DNA of 62,530 nucleotides, counting the filler, from Bipalium vagum (lineage: Eukaryota): assembly GCA_037834085.1 (NCBI GenBank). It is 3 parts of 3 records of this genome, joined end to end, with 100 filler letters (N's around TTAATTAATTAA, not from the genome) between each part and the next. Parts side by side here need not be neighbours in the genome. Positions count along the whole stretch, not along the records: positions 24,806 to 44,207 come from JBBMKC010272564.1; 2 more parts are not named here. One strand, given 5' to 3'. Within the stretch, counting starts at the first letter, position 1. Each line of letters begins with the position of its first letter. Shown in pieces: positions 24,806 to 37,676 of this stretch. Below the pieces are notes generated by a model, which was given only the letters and a program-made list of their open reading frames with translations, searched no databases and was not told the origin of the DNA. The position numbers and the translations under genes are program-made.

Positions 24806-27800
24806 TTGATCCTCTGCGCGGCGTTCCCACTGTATCGCTTTGATCGATATTTTTGTCCTTTTTGTCGCCACGACCATCCTCACCACTGACAATCAAAGTC
24901 GTAGAAGAAGAAGAGGAACTGGAGGAGGCCGAGGAACGCACAGATTCCTCCGTTCTGATCGATTGTGACGACTTCATCTCTTCTTCTCGCGAGGAAATTG
25001 ACCTGGACGTTGACGAAGACGATTCCGATTTCCGAGCGCGGCTGGGTAAGATATCCTTGACTTTTTCCTTGTCGTTTTCCTTACCTTTACCCTTACCCTT
25101 GTCCTTGTCCTTGCGCTGTTGCTTTGTCTGTTTTCGATCAGCAATCGATGTCGACATCGACAAGCTGGGGGAACTAAACTCTGGATTCTTCAGTTCGTCT
25201 TTCAGATTTTCTATTTGCGAATCCAAATGCTTGACAGACGAAACCAGATCAGATTTGAATATGAAAAGAGAGGAAAAGATCAAAATAATGAATGGAGTAC
25301 AATAGAAAAGATCGTTACAGCGATGTAATTGCGCAATGTCTTCTCTTTGTGACGTTGCTTGACTACGTTCAGTTTGGTTTTAAGCTTGTCAACGAGAGCC
25401 TGCTTCTTGTCCTTCTTCATTTTCAGGGCATCGACTCGTTTCATGACCTCACTGCTTTCGGAGGTGGACAGTTGATAGTCGGAGTCTTTGGGGAGAGGAT
25501 AAAAATAAGAAATAAATGGTCAATAAAAGGCAAAGAAAGATAGCGTAAAAGTACGAAAGAAATATAAGAAATGAAGGAAAAGAGACAAAACAAGGATTTA
25601 AAGGGAGCAAAAGATCATTGAATTGACAAAAAATTACTGGATTCGAATTCGTCCTTGGAATAATGCTCACTATTGATCTGAGATCGTTCGTCAGTACCAC
25701 GGCCAGTCAAAACTGTAGTGGAGCTGGACACGGTTCTTGATCGAGAAGAATCCGATTTCGAAGGAGATTTCTTCTTTGTCTTTTTTTTGTCTAAAACGCT
25801 TTTCGTTGTTGTTGTTGTTGTCGTGGTCGCCGTCGCCGTCGCCGTCGCCGTGGAAATTTCTGTTGCCGACTGTTCCGATTTCCCCGCACCGATGAGATTG
25901 GATTCGGTTTTGATACTTCTGGTCAGAGAAAGCGGTTCGACGACTGTTTTCGACTTGGTTTTCGGGATTGTTTCCATTTCCGTATCTTCCGGAATTGACT
26001 TTGTCGTCGACCGGCTGTCGATACTTTCCGCGATCGAAGCCAATGGTGACGATTGCACCGTGCGGTCGGAGGTGGCTGACTTGGAGCCGCTGTTGTTGTT
26101 GTCCGACAATATTTCCTGGATTGACTGATCGACATTGGATTGATTGGAAAAGTGCAATTTGTGCACGGCTTCAATAGATCTATCACAAATCAATATACGT
26201 ATATACAACTAGATATTCTGTTTTTCTTCATTTTCGTCCATCTTTTCTTCTCCATCTCATCTCTTTTTTTCTCGTTTTCTTTTCTCTGTATCCGTTGCAA
26301 TGTTTCACACACAAAAAAGTTTTGCATTAAATTTCAACGTTGTCGAGTTCAATTTCAAATTTGTTTGTTTAGATTAAAATTTCAATGCCAAAATTTTTGT
26401 TTTGTATTTAGTTAAGTCTACAATAAGTCTACCCTTAACCAATCAAGACACAGCCAGAATTCAATTCTTACCAATCACCGAATTCAAATTCACCGAAACA
26501 CCTTTCCAAAATTATGAAAATAAACGTATCCACAATTCACAGACTTTTGTCTGAATAAATACTTTTTGAACTCGAATTCGTTTTATTATAAAATATGAAA
26601 GGATATCTGACTGGCATCCACTACGAGAAGATAAGAAAGAAAGAAGCTTCTGGATGCTTTACCAAAACAAGCAAAGAAATTAATAAATTTCCTGATCCAT
26701 AAATTGATTGGACGAAGCTCTTCAGATGCAGAGCGTTGGATAAGAAATCGTTTGAATGCATTGAAGAAGCTGGATGACAAGTCCTTCTTCCAGATCATGA
26801 TGAATCAATGGATTTACAAATTCGGAAGACCAAAAAGTATTCTAACAGATAGAAGGAGGAATTTTGAGAGTTCATGGTTACAACAAAAATGGAAGGAGCT
26901 GAAAATTAAGTCTGAGTTCAGTTCACACTATCAACGTTAGTCAAATGGATAAGTGATAAGGATTATAAAGAACATGATCACTACATCGTTAAAGGGAAGA
27001 CGTGAAGAAAAAAAACTGGCAAGAATTATTAACAAGAATCGATTTTAGTATTAATGCTACCGGATAAAGTTCCACGAGGTTTTCTCTCTTTGAAAAAGTT
27101 TTTGGTTACAAAGTAGGTCTACATGCCGGTAGGAGGATCACAAGTATCAGGAACTTGGAGATGGCGACAGAGAAGATGAGTGAGTTCGAGAAGGATAAGA
27201 GGTCTCCGAAAATTTGAAATTGAAAAAGTATTAGTCAGGAAAGAACCTGAGAATTGAAAGAAGAACGATTTCCAGAATGAGAGCCCTTATCAGATTACAA
27301 AATAGTATTATTATATGCGGAAATTTCAATTAACTGGGAAATCAGCAACCTCAGTGAAGGGGGAAATAGTTGCAGAAAAGTTTTACCAATGCATGTTCTT
27401 GCAAAAAAAAGAATGACTGTGTCAGGACTGCACGCTTCGTTTGAAGAGAATATGCCAAAAAGTCTATCAACTTTCGATGTATCCGGCTTCAACTGTCGCT
27501 TTGGACAATATAAATACTTTCATTCTCAGGGAATGTCTGCAGTATAGCTTTCTACCATCATATTCACCAGTTCTCAATCCTATCGAAAATGTGTTTCGCA
27601 AATGGAAAGAGTATGTTATGTGCGAAAGTTCAACCAGTGAAGAAAAATGTTTTTTTTCACTTATAGTTTTTAGTTTTTAGATCAGAAGTTAACGAAGTTT
27701 GAATTTAATGTAAAACCGTGTAATCATATCATTGGCATTCACCTTAACTTCCAAACAATACCCATGACCCTTTTTATTATAATTTTTATTCGATAATGAT

Positions 27801-30800
27801 TTTGAAAAATTTCAGCTGAATCAAATTTGAATTTATTAAAAACATTTTAACTTTAAATATTGATTTATTTAAGTTATTTTTAATTATTTGATCGAAATAA
27901 CAATAAAAATAAAATTATAATAATCAATAATAATAATAATAATCAGAAAATTATTATATTAATAAGATAAAGCAAAATAAAAATAATAATAAAATTGAGA
28001 TAAAATAATAAAAGATAATCTAAAATAATATTAAATTAAAAAAAATAAATAATAAAAAATAAAATAATGATAATAATGAAATAATATAATTTGAAAAATT
28101 AAAAATTAATAATAAATAAAGAAAATATAAAAATAAAAAATATTTACACATTACAAAACTAAGAAAAAAAGAAAAAAAAAGATATTCGCAAAAATTATAA
28201 AATAATTTATTTTAAAAATTAAAATTAAAAATAGTAATATTATTAGGCTATTCCATAAGTAATCTACCATTTTGTAATGAAAAGTTTAATTAAAAATTTT
28301 AACATTAAAAATACATATTTATAATAAATTTGATATCAATCTGTAGCTCTTGTTTATCTGAATGCATTGTTTATAATGGAACTTATGGAACAGGTTAATA
28401 TATAATTATTATATTATTATGATTATAAATTATATAATAAAAATCAATTATCGTAATCTCACCCTGAAAAATCCTCCTCGTGCTTGGTGGGGGGTTTCGA
28501 CCGTGACGATTGTTTGGATATCCTTTTGTCTAGGGGCTTTGGCTTGCTGGTCACCATCACCGGTCGATGGTCGGTTTTAGGACTGTGCTGCAAACCATGG
28601 TGCATAAATCGATTTTAGTTCAATCAGTGAACAAACTTGATTGGTGACCGATTCGGAAAAGTCCGTAAAGTCGACAATTTCCTCACGGATTTCACTGGCA
28701 TCGGAGTCGGTTGTCATTTTTCCTGGAAAAAATCAAAGTTAATCGAGTTCTGTTCGGAGAGAAAAAAGATAGGTTTTGTTTTCCGTCACCTTTTTTGGCA
28801 ATGGGACCAGCTGAGCGTGACGATTCCGCGGATTTTGTAACGGTGTCCGACGAGAACGACGTCGAAGTCGACAGTTCGGATCGATGACGACGAGAATAGG
28901 CTTTCTGAAAAGAAAAAGAAAAAGTTTTTAGATCGATTTTGGTCGTTCGCTTTCTATTTTCATCATTACATTGAGATTTTCCAAGGCCTTCGTAAATTTT
29001 TCGAGACATTCGTCCTTCTTGTCGTCCATCGAGTCTTTCCATTGGCGCGTCTTTAGAATCTGTGCCAGACTGACGGTCTCTTGCTGAGCGAACCCAACTC
29101 CTTGGAATCTGTCGAGCTGCAGCAACTGTTCCATACTGGCCTGGAGACTGTCGTGGTAATGCAACTCGTACAACAATTGACGTTCCAAAGAGTTCGGTGA
29201 CAAGCGACCATTCTCATCATCACCTGAACGATGGTTGCCTCCGCTGCTTGGTATTGGTTTCCTTTTGACCGGCGTCGGCGATTTATGTTTTGGAGAGGAT
29301 TTATGAAAAGAAAAATGGTTCACGACAGTCGACGAATTTTCAACTGTCACTGCAACCTCGGAAAAGTCTCGGGAGGTATCGTTGCGATCGATGGATATTT
29401 TGAGTTCACTGTCGCTGTTGTCCACCGCTTGGCGATGGTGACGGTGATCGATCACTGAACGCTCGATGAAGGTGGTTTTGTTGTCAGAAATTTGCTCATC
29501 ACTGCTGATTGATTTGATATCAATTCTCTGCGAACTCGTGACAATATTGATCGACTCTTCATTGTTTCGATCGATCCTGGAATTATTAGTATTTGACTTC
29601 GATTGCCTAAAGCCTGGTGAGGGTACATCACCGGTACCACCTTGGCATCGGCGGTATGTTCTCATAAACGTAAAAGTATCAGTTTCTACGGTGGTCTTGA
29701 TTTGGAAGTTTTGGTTTTTGGTTACGTTTCCATCTCGGTTTCCGTTTGATGCTTGCTTAGATATCGATTTATGAATTGGTAAATCAATAATACGTCTTTG
29801 TTCCACCGACCGCTTATATCGATCCTACTGGGTGTTATTCGTACTCATAATTTTCAATAAGTGCAACAAAAATATTATCAACTTCGCTCTCTTTCGTCAA
29901 CCGGGCCACACAATCGTCATACGCCGACTCGCTGCTGCTCTCGCTTTCCTCCTCTGAGCCCTAATGCACCATACACAATGCCGTCAATCATTTTTCAATT
30001 TGTGCAAATAAAAAAAGAATAACAAAAACAGCACTTTATTGATCATTTTATCAATTTTTTCAGATATAAATCTAAACAATTTTCAAGAATATTGTTAAAA
30101 TTCTGATTTATTTTTTATTTTACGCTTATTTATTATCATTATTAATATTCATTTATTATTATCATTATTGATTTCTTATTATAATTATTGATTTTATATT
30201 GGTTTATTAAGAAAACTAATTTACTACTATTGATTACATTTCTATTATACTGATCATATTAATAATATTAGTAAAATTATCATTGTTACTAAAAATTAGT
30301 TTTATAAATCAAATTTATTCTAAAACCGGAAAAATAATTAAAAATCAGAAAAAAAATATAAGGCGGTATCATTAAGAAAAATTCAATAAGTATATATTGA
30401 AAAGAACAAAAACGATCTAAATGGAAATTTAAAAGTGTAATATCAATTCAATTAGATTTATTTAAATATCAAAGTTTAGTTGAATCATCACAGGTAGAAT
30501 TACCATTTATTATAATAAATTAATTATTGATTATTTAAGTGATATTGTATAATATCACCTAAAATCATTAATTAAAAATAATTTGAATATTAAGATTGTA
30601 ATGGTGGAAATATAAATAAAAAAATTGGTTATTAATCCATAAATGTCAATACAAAAATATCCAACTTACATCTTAAAAATAGAAAAAAGTAAAATAAAAT
30701 AATAATAAATAATAACATTAATAAAAAATAACAACAATAATGATAATAATAAATGCATAAAAAATATTTGTGTAAATATAATAACACCTTACATCTCCAT

Positions 30801-33800
30801 TATCGTGAAGTTTCCTGCGAGCTCGATTAGCCAAAATGAAAGGGGCTAGTTCGGTTTTTGTTGAATTGTTGAGTTTTTTTGATGGAACTGATTTTCTCCT
30901 GCTAAAAACGCTTATTTTTCACACCAAAAGATCAAGGAAAATATTACAAATCAAAAGCGTCACGGTCTTCTGTTGTTTCGGTTTCATGGGAAATGCTGCT
31001 GGACTCTGATGATAAAGTTTCTTGAAATTGGATTCCATGGCCATTCAGTGCTACCGAGGAGAATGAATTATATCATCATCATCAACAAAATAATTAAAAC
31101 AAAAAATAAATAAGATCAACAACAGCACCATCATGAAGAAATTTATGATCTCTGGAATGCCTTACTTTTTCAGAAGTCTTTTGGATATCGGAATTCAATT
31201 TTAGTTCTAGAGAATCATGTAATGATAATAATGATAAAGGTTATTATTATCATCATTAGCATTGTTATAAATATTAAAGATATTATATAATATAAAATAA
31301 TAATATATAATTTCAATTAATTCCACAAAATTAAACATAAGATCGTAAAATGTAAAATACATAATTTTATCTGGTCATTTTTTAACTTGATTATCTCTGC
31401 GAATTCTTATTGTAATTTAATAATTCTCGTTTTAATAATTTTTCAAAAACATACACCATTAAAAATAGACATTAATTTATATTTTAATTTATTTTATTGG
31501 TAAATTTTGGCTCACAGATTTGAAAACTTAAAAAATAAAAAATCCCATGGTTTGATAATTAAGTTTTTTGAAAATTCTGTTTTTGAAGTTGAAACCCTCT
31601 GGAGTTCATAAATAATTATTTTTTATTTTAAATGCCACTTAATGTTAAGTAAGGTTATATTGAATTTTAATTAAGTCAATAATCAAATAATTACATTTTA
31701 TAAATAGATTATATCGATTAAATTTAAATATAAATAGAACAGAAAATCTGAAATAAAATTAATTTTAATTCCGAATTTTGGTGAAATAAATGAATAAAAC
31801 CTTGACATATCTTGATGCTTCAAATTATTACTTTTTATTTATCATTAATATTGTTTATTTAATTTATTATTAATGTCTATTATCACTTATTATTATTAAA
31901 ACGGTTCGATAAAGAATAATAAAAAAGAACTTAATATTATTAATAATATTTAATATAAAAATTATATTAAGCATTAAATCATCTTTTTTATGATTAAAAA
32001 TTAATTAATTATGGAATCAAAATTTTGAATTTCTTTGGATATTTTTCGATTGTGAAAATTCATTTTTTCCGTTTATCGAGAGAATGATAGAAAAGAAATA
32101 TTAGGAAAAATAACCCGGATGTTTGGCATTGAAAAACGGGAACAGTTCCGCCTTTGTCGACTGGATCTTATCCGTCATCTTCAAAATGTCCGACAGAATG
32201 TTATCGGTATGTCGGTTGGCACTGATTGCACTCTTCATGAACCGTTCATTGGCCTTTTTATGTCTCTCTAATTCGTCTGTTTCCATCGGCGTCCACTGGA
32301 CCAGTTTCGATTCTTGACCAAAGTTTTTCCGTCAATTCACTCCCAAAAATCAATCGTCACAGAAACTCACTAATTGCTCGGTCAAAGATTTCCGAATCAT
32401 TCGTCGACGATTCGTCCTCACTAGTTTCCCGCTCGTAACCGTTAATCGGCTTCCGTTCATTGTCCGGGAATCTTTTACGTTTCTTTAGCTGTGCTTCTTC
32501 CTCGCTCATTTTCCTGGGTTCCGATTTCTTCCCGTTCTGTCTCACTATGCCAACTGAACCGAATTCCGCACCATCAATTTCATTTCGTTCACCTGTCGAT
32601 TTCTTTACATTTCCTTCCTCAACATTCTGGAACTTCTCCTTCATTTTAATTTTTTCCGATAGCTGTTTCAACTGACTTGCTATTCTCTCTTTTCGTTCTT
32701 GTTCCAGTATTTTATTCTCATCCTTAGCTTTCTTCAAACTGCAACGCTTCTCACTAATGTACTTCTTGATTTCATTATTATTATTAGTGATCTGTGGCTT
32801 TGGCTGGTCAGCAACTTTGGCTTTTCTCTGAACAGTCTCTATGGCGGTGATTATATATTCTCTCTCTTATTTTATGATATTACTTTTCAAATCATTGTGA
32901 GTAGACTTAATATGGGGACGAGGATGATCCCCAGCTCCTAAGAAACTGTCCAGGCGTTTGCTGAGCTCTATAATCATTATTGATCAATCATTCAACTCAA
33001 TACTCAAAAATGATGATCAATTTGGGGAAATTGCATCACCAAAGATTTGATTGGTGGATAATAAGTAAATATGTTACGACCTTTTAACGAAAGGGAATCG
33101 AAAAAATTAATAAAAATAATATAATATAAAGAAATAATCAGAATTAAAATAATAATTAAAAAATCAATAATAGATAATTAAAAGTAAAACATTGAAAATC
33201 AATAAATAAAAAAAATAATTTGACAATAATTGATAATTTTAAATAAGAATAAATTAAATAATCAAAAATAAAACTATTTAAAAGCGATAAATTAATATAG
33301 AATAAAAAATATAAGAATTATAATTATAGTACTAATAAATAAATAAAAATTATTATAAAATTATTAATAATAAAGTTAATAACTAATAAAAATAATACTT
33401 GTAATATTTAAAGAAATAATGAAATAATAAATAATAATACAATTAATGATGAAAAATAATAATTGATAATAATTAATCAACAATAAAAGAGTAAAAATCC
33501 CTAAAAATTAAAAAATAAGTCAATAATTAATATCTTAAATTAGATCAATAAGTAAATATAATTTTTAATCAATATTTTACTAATAAATGAAATATTTGAA
33601 AATAAATAATATTAAAATCAGAAAAATTAATAAAGAAAATAAATTTTAAATATCATTAATCAATAAATTTAAATAATAAAAGTCATTAATTTTAATAAAT
33701 TGAATTCAAACAGTTAATGGATAAAACATTGAAACAACTTTCGGGAGCCTTATTTTCTTTCAAATCGATTTTCTCTTTATCTCCCTTTTGTTTCGTCTTC

Positions 33801-34312
33801 GATTTCATACGGGCACTCTGCTGTCGTTTTTTGTCTACAATCCAAATTTGACCGTTTGCCATCAATCCGTTCCAGAGACCCACGGAACCCGTCATCGTCG
33901 AAGATACATGTTGCACTTTGCGCGTGTGAATTGTCATTGTAGAGGCTGCACTGTGCTTTTTTTTCTTTTTTTCGTCCCGGCGCGATTCGTTGACATTCCA
34001 CTGACCCAGACGTTTGTTGGTGTTGCTGATCGAGTAACCATTGGCAATTGAGAACCCTTTATAGGTAGGAATGTCAACGTTGTTACTGACTTTCCGCCGT
34101 TGGGCAAGATCGTGTCGGTGAACGTTCCCATCGCTCGCAAGGCTTTCATCGATTCCCTGGCTGTAGAAGGAACTGTTCAACTCCGTTTTCCGAGGCAAAA
34201 CGTAAAGAGAATTATCGCAGAACGACATGTATTCCATGTCTACCAAATCTCAATCAAAATTACGTGGAAATGACACAATAATACCATTTTCTGACAATTC
34301 ACCGAAATGCAT
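24806..34312 (-). CDS. CEP350: CEP350-like centriolar protein, multi-exon, 3' end lost in the gap
   Basis: Matches to CEP350 blocks as I recall them: RKV...PTYKGFS; EIKKYISEKR...; LSPNSLERQLLYEL...LDRFQGVGFAQQETVSLAQILK; SEVMKRVDALK...LVDKLK. Exon clusters at ~34312-34285, 34239-33740, 32970-32110, 31050-30792, 29960-28460 and 26300-24806, with GT-AG introns. Several exon edges are approximate. Confidence 0.8.
26590..27290 (+). mobile_element. Ty3/gypsy integrase relic inside a CEP350-like intron
   Basis: WIYKFGRPKSILTDRRRNFES...SSHYQR*SNG, followed by NATG*SSTRFSLFEKVFG. Confidence 0.8.
27500..27660 (+). mobile_element. IS630/Tc1-like transposase C-terminal fragment
   Basis: FLPSYSPVLNPIENVFRKWKEYV. 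Confidence 0.8.
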
Positions 34313-37300
34313 TTGTTAACGATCTATTATTAGTTAGACTTTATGTCGTTTATTCAAATGACGATTTGAATTAATTAATTCGTTTGATTCATTTAAACAA
34401 ACTGTATCCAAGGACGCTTTGGCTTTTAATTAATTTCTATTGAATAAATAAATGTTATCAATTTACGAATCTTTGTTGGATTTTATGATATCGTGAAATT
34501 AATTTCACTTTTGTATTTTCTTATGGTTTTCTGTTTTATTATCAAAATTTATGAAGACAATTTATCTTTTTTAAAAGTAATTTTAACATTAAAAACTTAT
34601 TTAATGTTTGGCTTGTTTTATATTGGAAAAGATGAATTTTTTATTTTCACTTTTAAAAAACTTTATATTAGCACATCTTCGCTGTCCTTTTGGTTTTATA
34701 TACCAGAGAATACCTATGTGATTTTGGGTTGTAATATTGTAAGCATGGTGCAGTTCAATTAATTGTTACTAATGGTAATTTATAATATTATTTATCATTA
34801 TTACTTTTATAGTTACTGTTATTAAAATAATAATTATTATCTCTGGATAATAAAAATAATATTATTATTATTAATAAAAGTTACGTTTGAAAAAAGTAGC
34901 AGTTTAAATTTAGCATTGCAGTTGATTTTTAATTCACATTGTCTGGAAAGATGCAAGAGATGTGTTTATTATCATTGAATGCATTTGGGGCAGGTTAAAA
35001 TTTGAGGTTTGACCAGGGTATCATTTAAGGGACTCAAACTGAAGTCTCTTTTAACTTATTAACTTTGATATTTTTCTCTTTAACGAATTTTCCTTTAAAT
35101 TTATCGCAATATTTTTCCTTTCTTTTGTTACTAATATACTCTGTCTAAGTACCTCCCATAATAATACTTTATCCTCACCTAAAAGTTGAATCTAAACGAT
35201 CTCAAAATCTTTATTAGACATAACACATCCTGACGTAACAACAAAATCGCTCCAATGTCTGATAATCACCCAAAAATAAAATTCAAGTTAATATTGTCAA
35301 TATCACCTTGCTGAATAATTAAATACAAAAAATAGATAATAATGATAATACGATTAAATAGTTTTAAGGAAAATTACAGGAGAGATGATCACAAAAGAAA
35401 TAGAGTTGAAAGAAAAAAAATCTCACCATAAGTGACAAGGGGTCGCCGGGTCGTCCTCTGGGTCCTTTGCAGGTCACCTATGGATTCCCAAACTAGATGT
35501 GTCCCCTTGTAAATCCTCTTGCATTGTCATCGTCGGCATAAAAATAAAAAATTTACTGGAACAATTGAATATTCTTTAAATTAACGACTTTGATTATTGA
35601 GAAGATTTTTGTGATAGAATTTCAGATTAAGTAACTTTTTCATTGCTATTACATTGAAATAAAGTACTGCATGATGTAATTCCTAGTATATTAACATATC
35701 CTACCATAAGGTATTTACGCTATAATATTATGTCATTAACTTAATTTGATGCCAATTACTGAATTTATCTAGTCATGCTTCACTGGACTTAAGACAATTC
35801 GCTTGAGTGCTAATTTCGTCAGCTCGTTGAATTTTATTGATTAATAATTACAATCAATTTTCAGTTAATAAATTTATGATTGTATTATGATTATTTTGAC
35901 TCCTAAAACACCTTATTTAATCGATTATTATTTTTGGATTTTTTACCGTTCTCGTACCCCCAAAGTGAGGTTTGTCTTAATTTGTTAATTTAATCAATTG
36001 TAACTAAGTACAAAATTAAAAATTTTATAAAAATTATGATTTAAAATAAATATTAAATCAGTGTTTAGTTCTCATTTTTAGTGATTTCTTTTTAATTCTT
36101 AAATTTTAATATTTTTATAATTTTTTAATTTAGTTACAATATTATAAAGAAAACTTTCAAGTTATAGCTTCATATAAAAAATATATATGCAATATATGCT
36201 CATTAGATATTCCAAATAATATATTGGTTCAGAATTCAAAAAATCATAAAATTTACCATTGTGGAAATGATGGCAGTTTATTTATTATACATAAACAGAT
36301 CGACTTTCAAAAATATCTTTTTAAAATGAACCATAAAAAGATTTAATTTCATGGAAACAATTTATGATTATCCTTATGCGGAAATCCAAGAAAACGAAAT
36401 CATTTTCGTTTTCAATAGGAAAATGGAAGTATTTGAGAATTTGAGAGATCGGTATCACAGTATCAATGAAAAAGTAAATATAAAAACACAGTATGGAAAA
36501 GCTAAAGTTACACGCTCAACCAAAACAAATAAGAGCTGTGGGATCACAACAATTTTGTTGCAATTTGGCGTATTCTGAAAGAGTGTTAAGAAAATATGTT
36601 ACATCTATCAATCTAAAAACTACCAAAGAACTTTTAGATAACCTCAAATCGTTGGTGAAATATCTCATAGCTGGTATCTCACTTGGTGGAAATAGGAAAC
36701 TTATTCTTGTTTAGTGATGAAGACGGTGGTAAATTCGATTTTAAAGTCTATCCATGTTTCTTATTCAAAACATTTACTTGCCAAATATATAGAGAACTAA
36801 AATATGTGATGTCAATATCATATGTGATGAAGGTCACGAAATTTAATTTGGAAACTGATCTCAGTCCAAGTAGTGAGGAAATTGTTGACAATACAGTAAA
36901 GAAAAGGAACGGTACTGATACTAAAGATGTTAATAGTGAAGAACATATCCGCAGAAAAACGTTTCAATTTTCAAAACCCTTATATTAAATAATAAATAGT
37001 ACAGAATTCTAAACATTAGCTGTTGGAACAATTAATTTAGTGTTTAATTAATTTTTAGTTAAAACTAACTACAATTGAATTAATTGATGACAGTATATAA
37101 CTACCAGGTGATATTTGTGAATTAAATAAATGGCTAAATAAAGTTAATTAATTTTTATTCATATTAATTTTTAGCCAATTACAATTCTTCTTAATCTCAA
37201 ATTATCATTAATTTTATGTCAATTTTTTACTCGTTTCTTTTAATACTTTATTTACTATAGAAATCCTGACGAATATATTATTTAAATATTATTATTAAAT

Positions 37301-37676
37301 GACTGAAAAAATAATTACCTTTTGTTACCTGAAAAATCAAATTATAAAATTGATTAAATAAAATAATCAGAAATAGATTTCTTATAAAAGCAAATGAAAA
37401 TGTAAAATGCCTCAAATCAAGATCACTTTAATAAATCTATCTCTGGATGATCCTCTCCACATTATCATCAATTCACAAATACTTCGAACACTTTGCATTA
37501 AGAAGTGAAAACAAAGAAAAATGACCATTCAATAATTTGATACGGCTATATAGATATCGTCGCGAACCATTTCTCAGTGTTATTATTTTTACAGTTATTA
37601 TTACTCAGTTTTTAAAAATATTTTAGTGGTTTCATTAAGGGACAAAAAGAAAGGCTTAGTGTTATCAAAATTAATG

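Noticed and set aside
24853-29774. Plus-strand ORFs (24853-25305, 25718-26128, 29466-29774)
   Set aside because: Antisense shadows of the Ser/Lys-rich CEP350-like exons.
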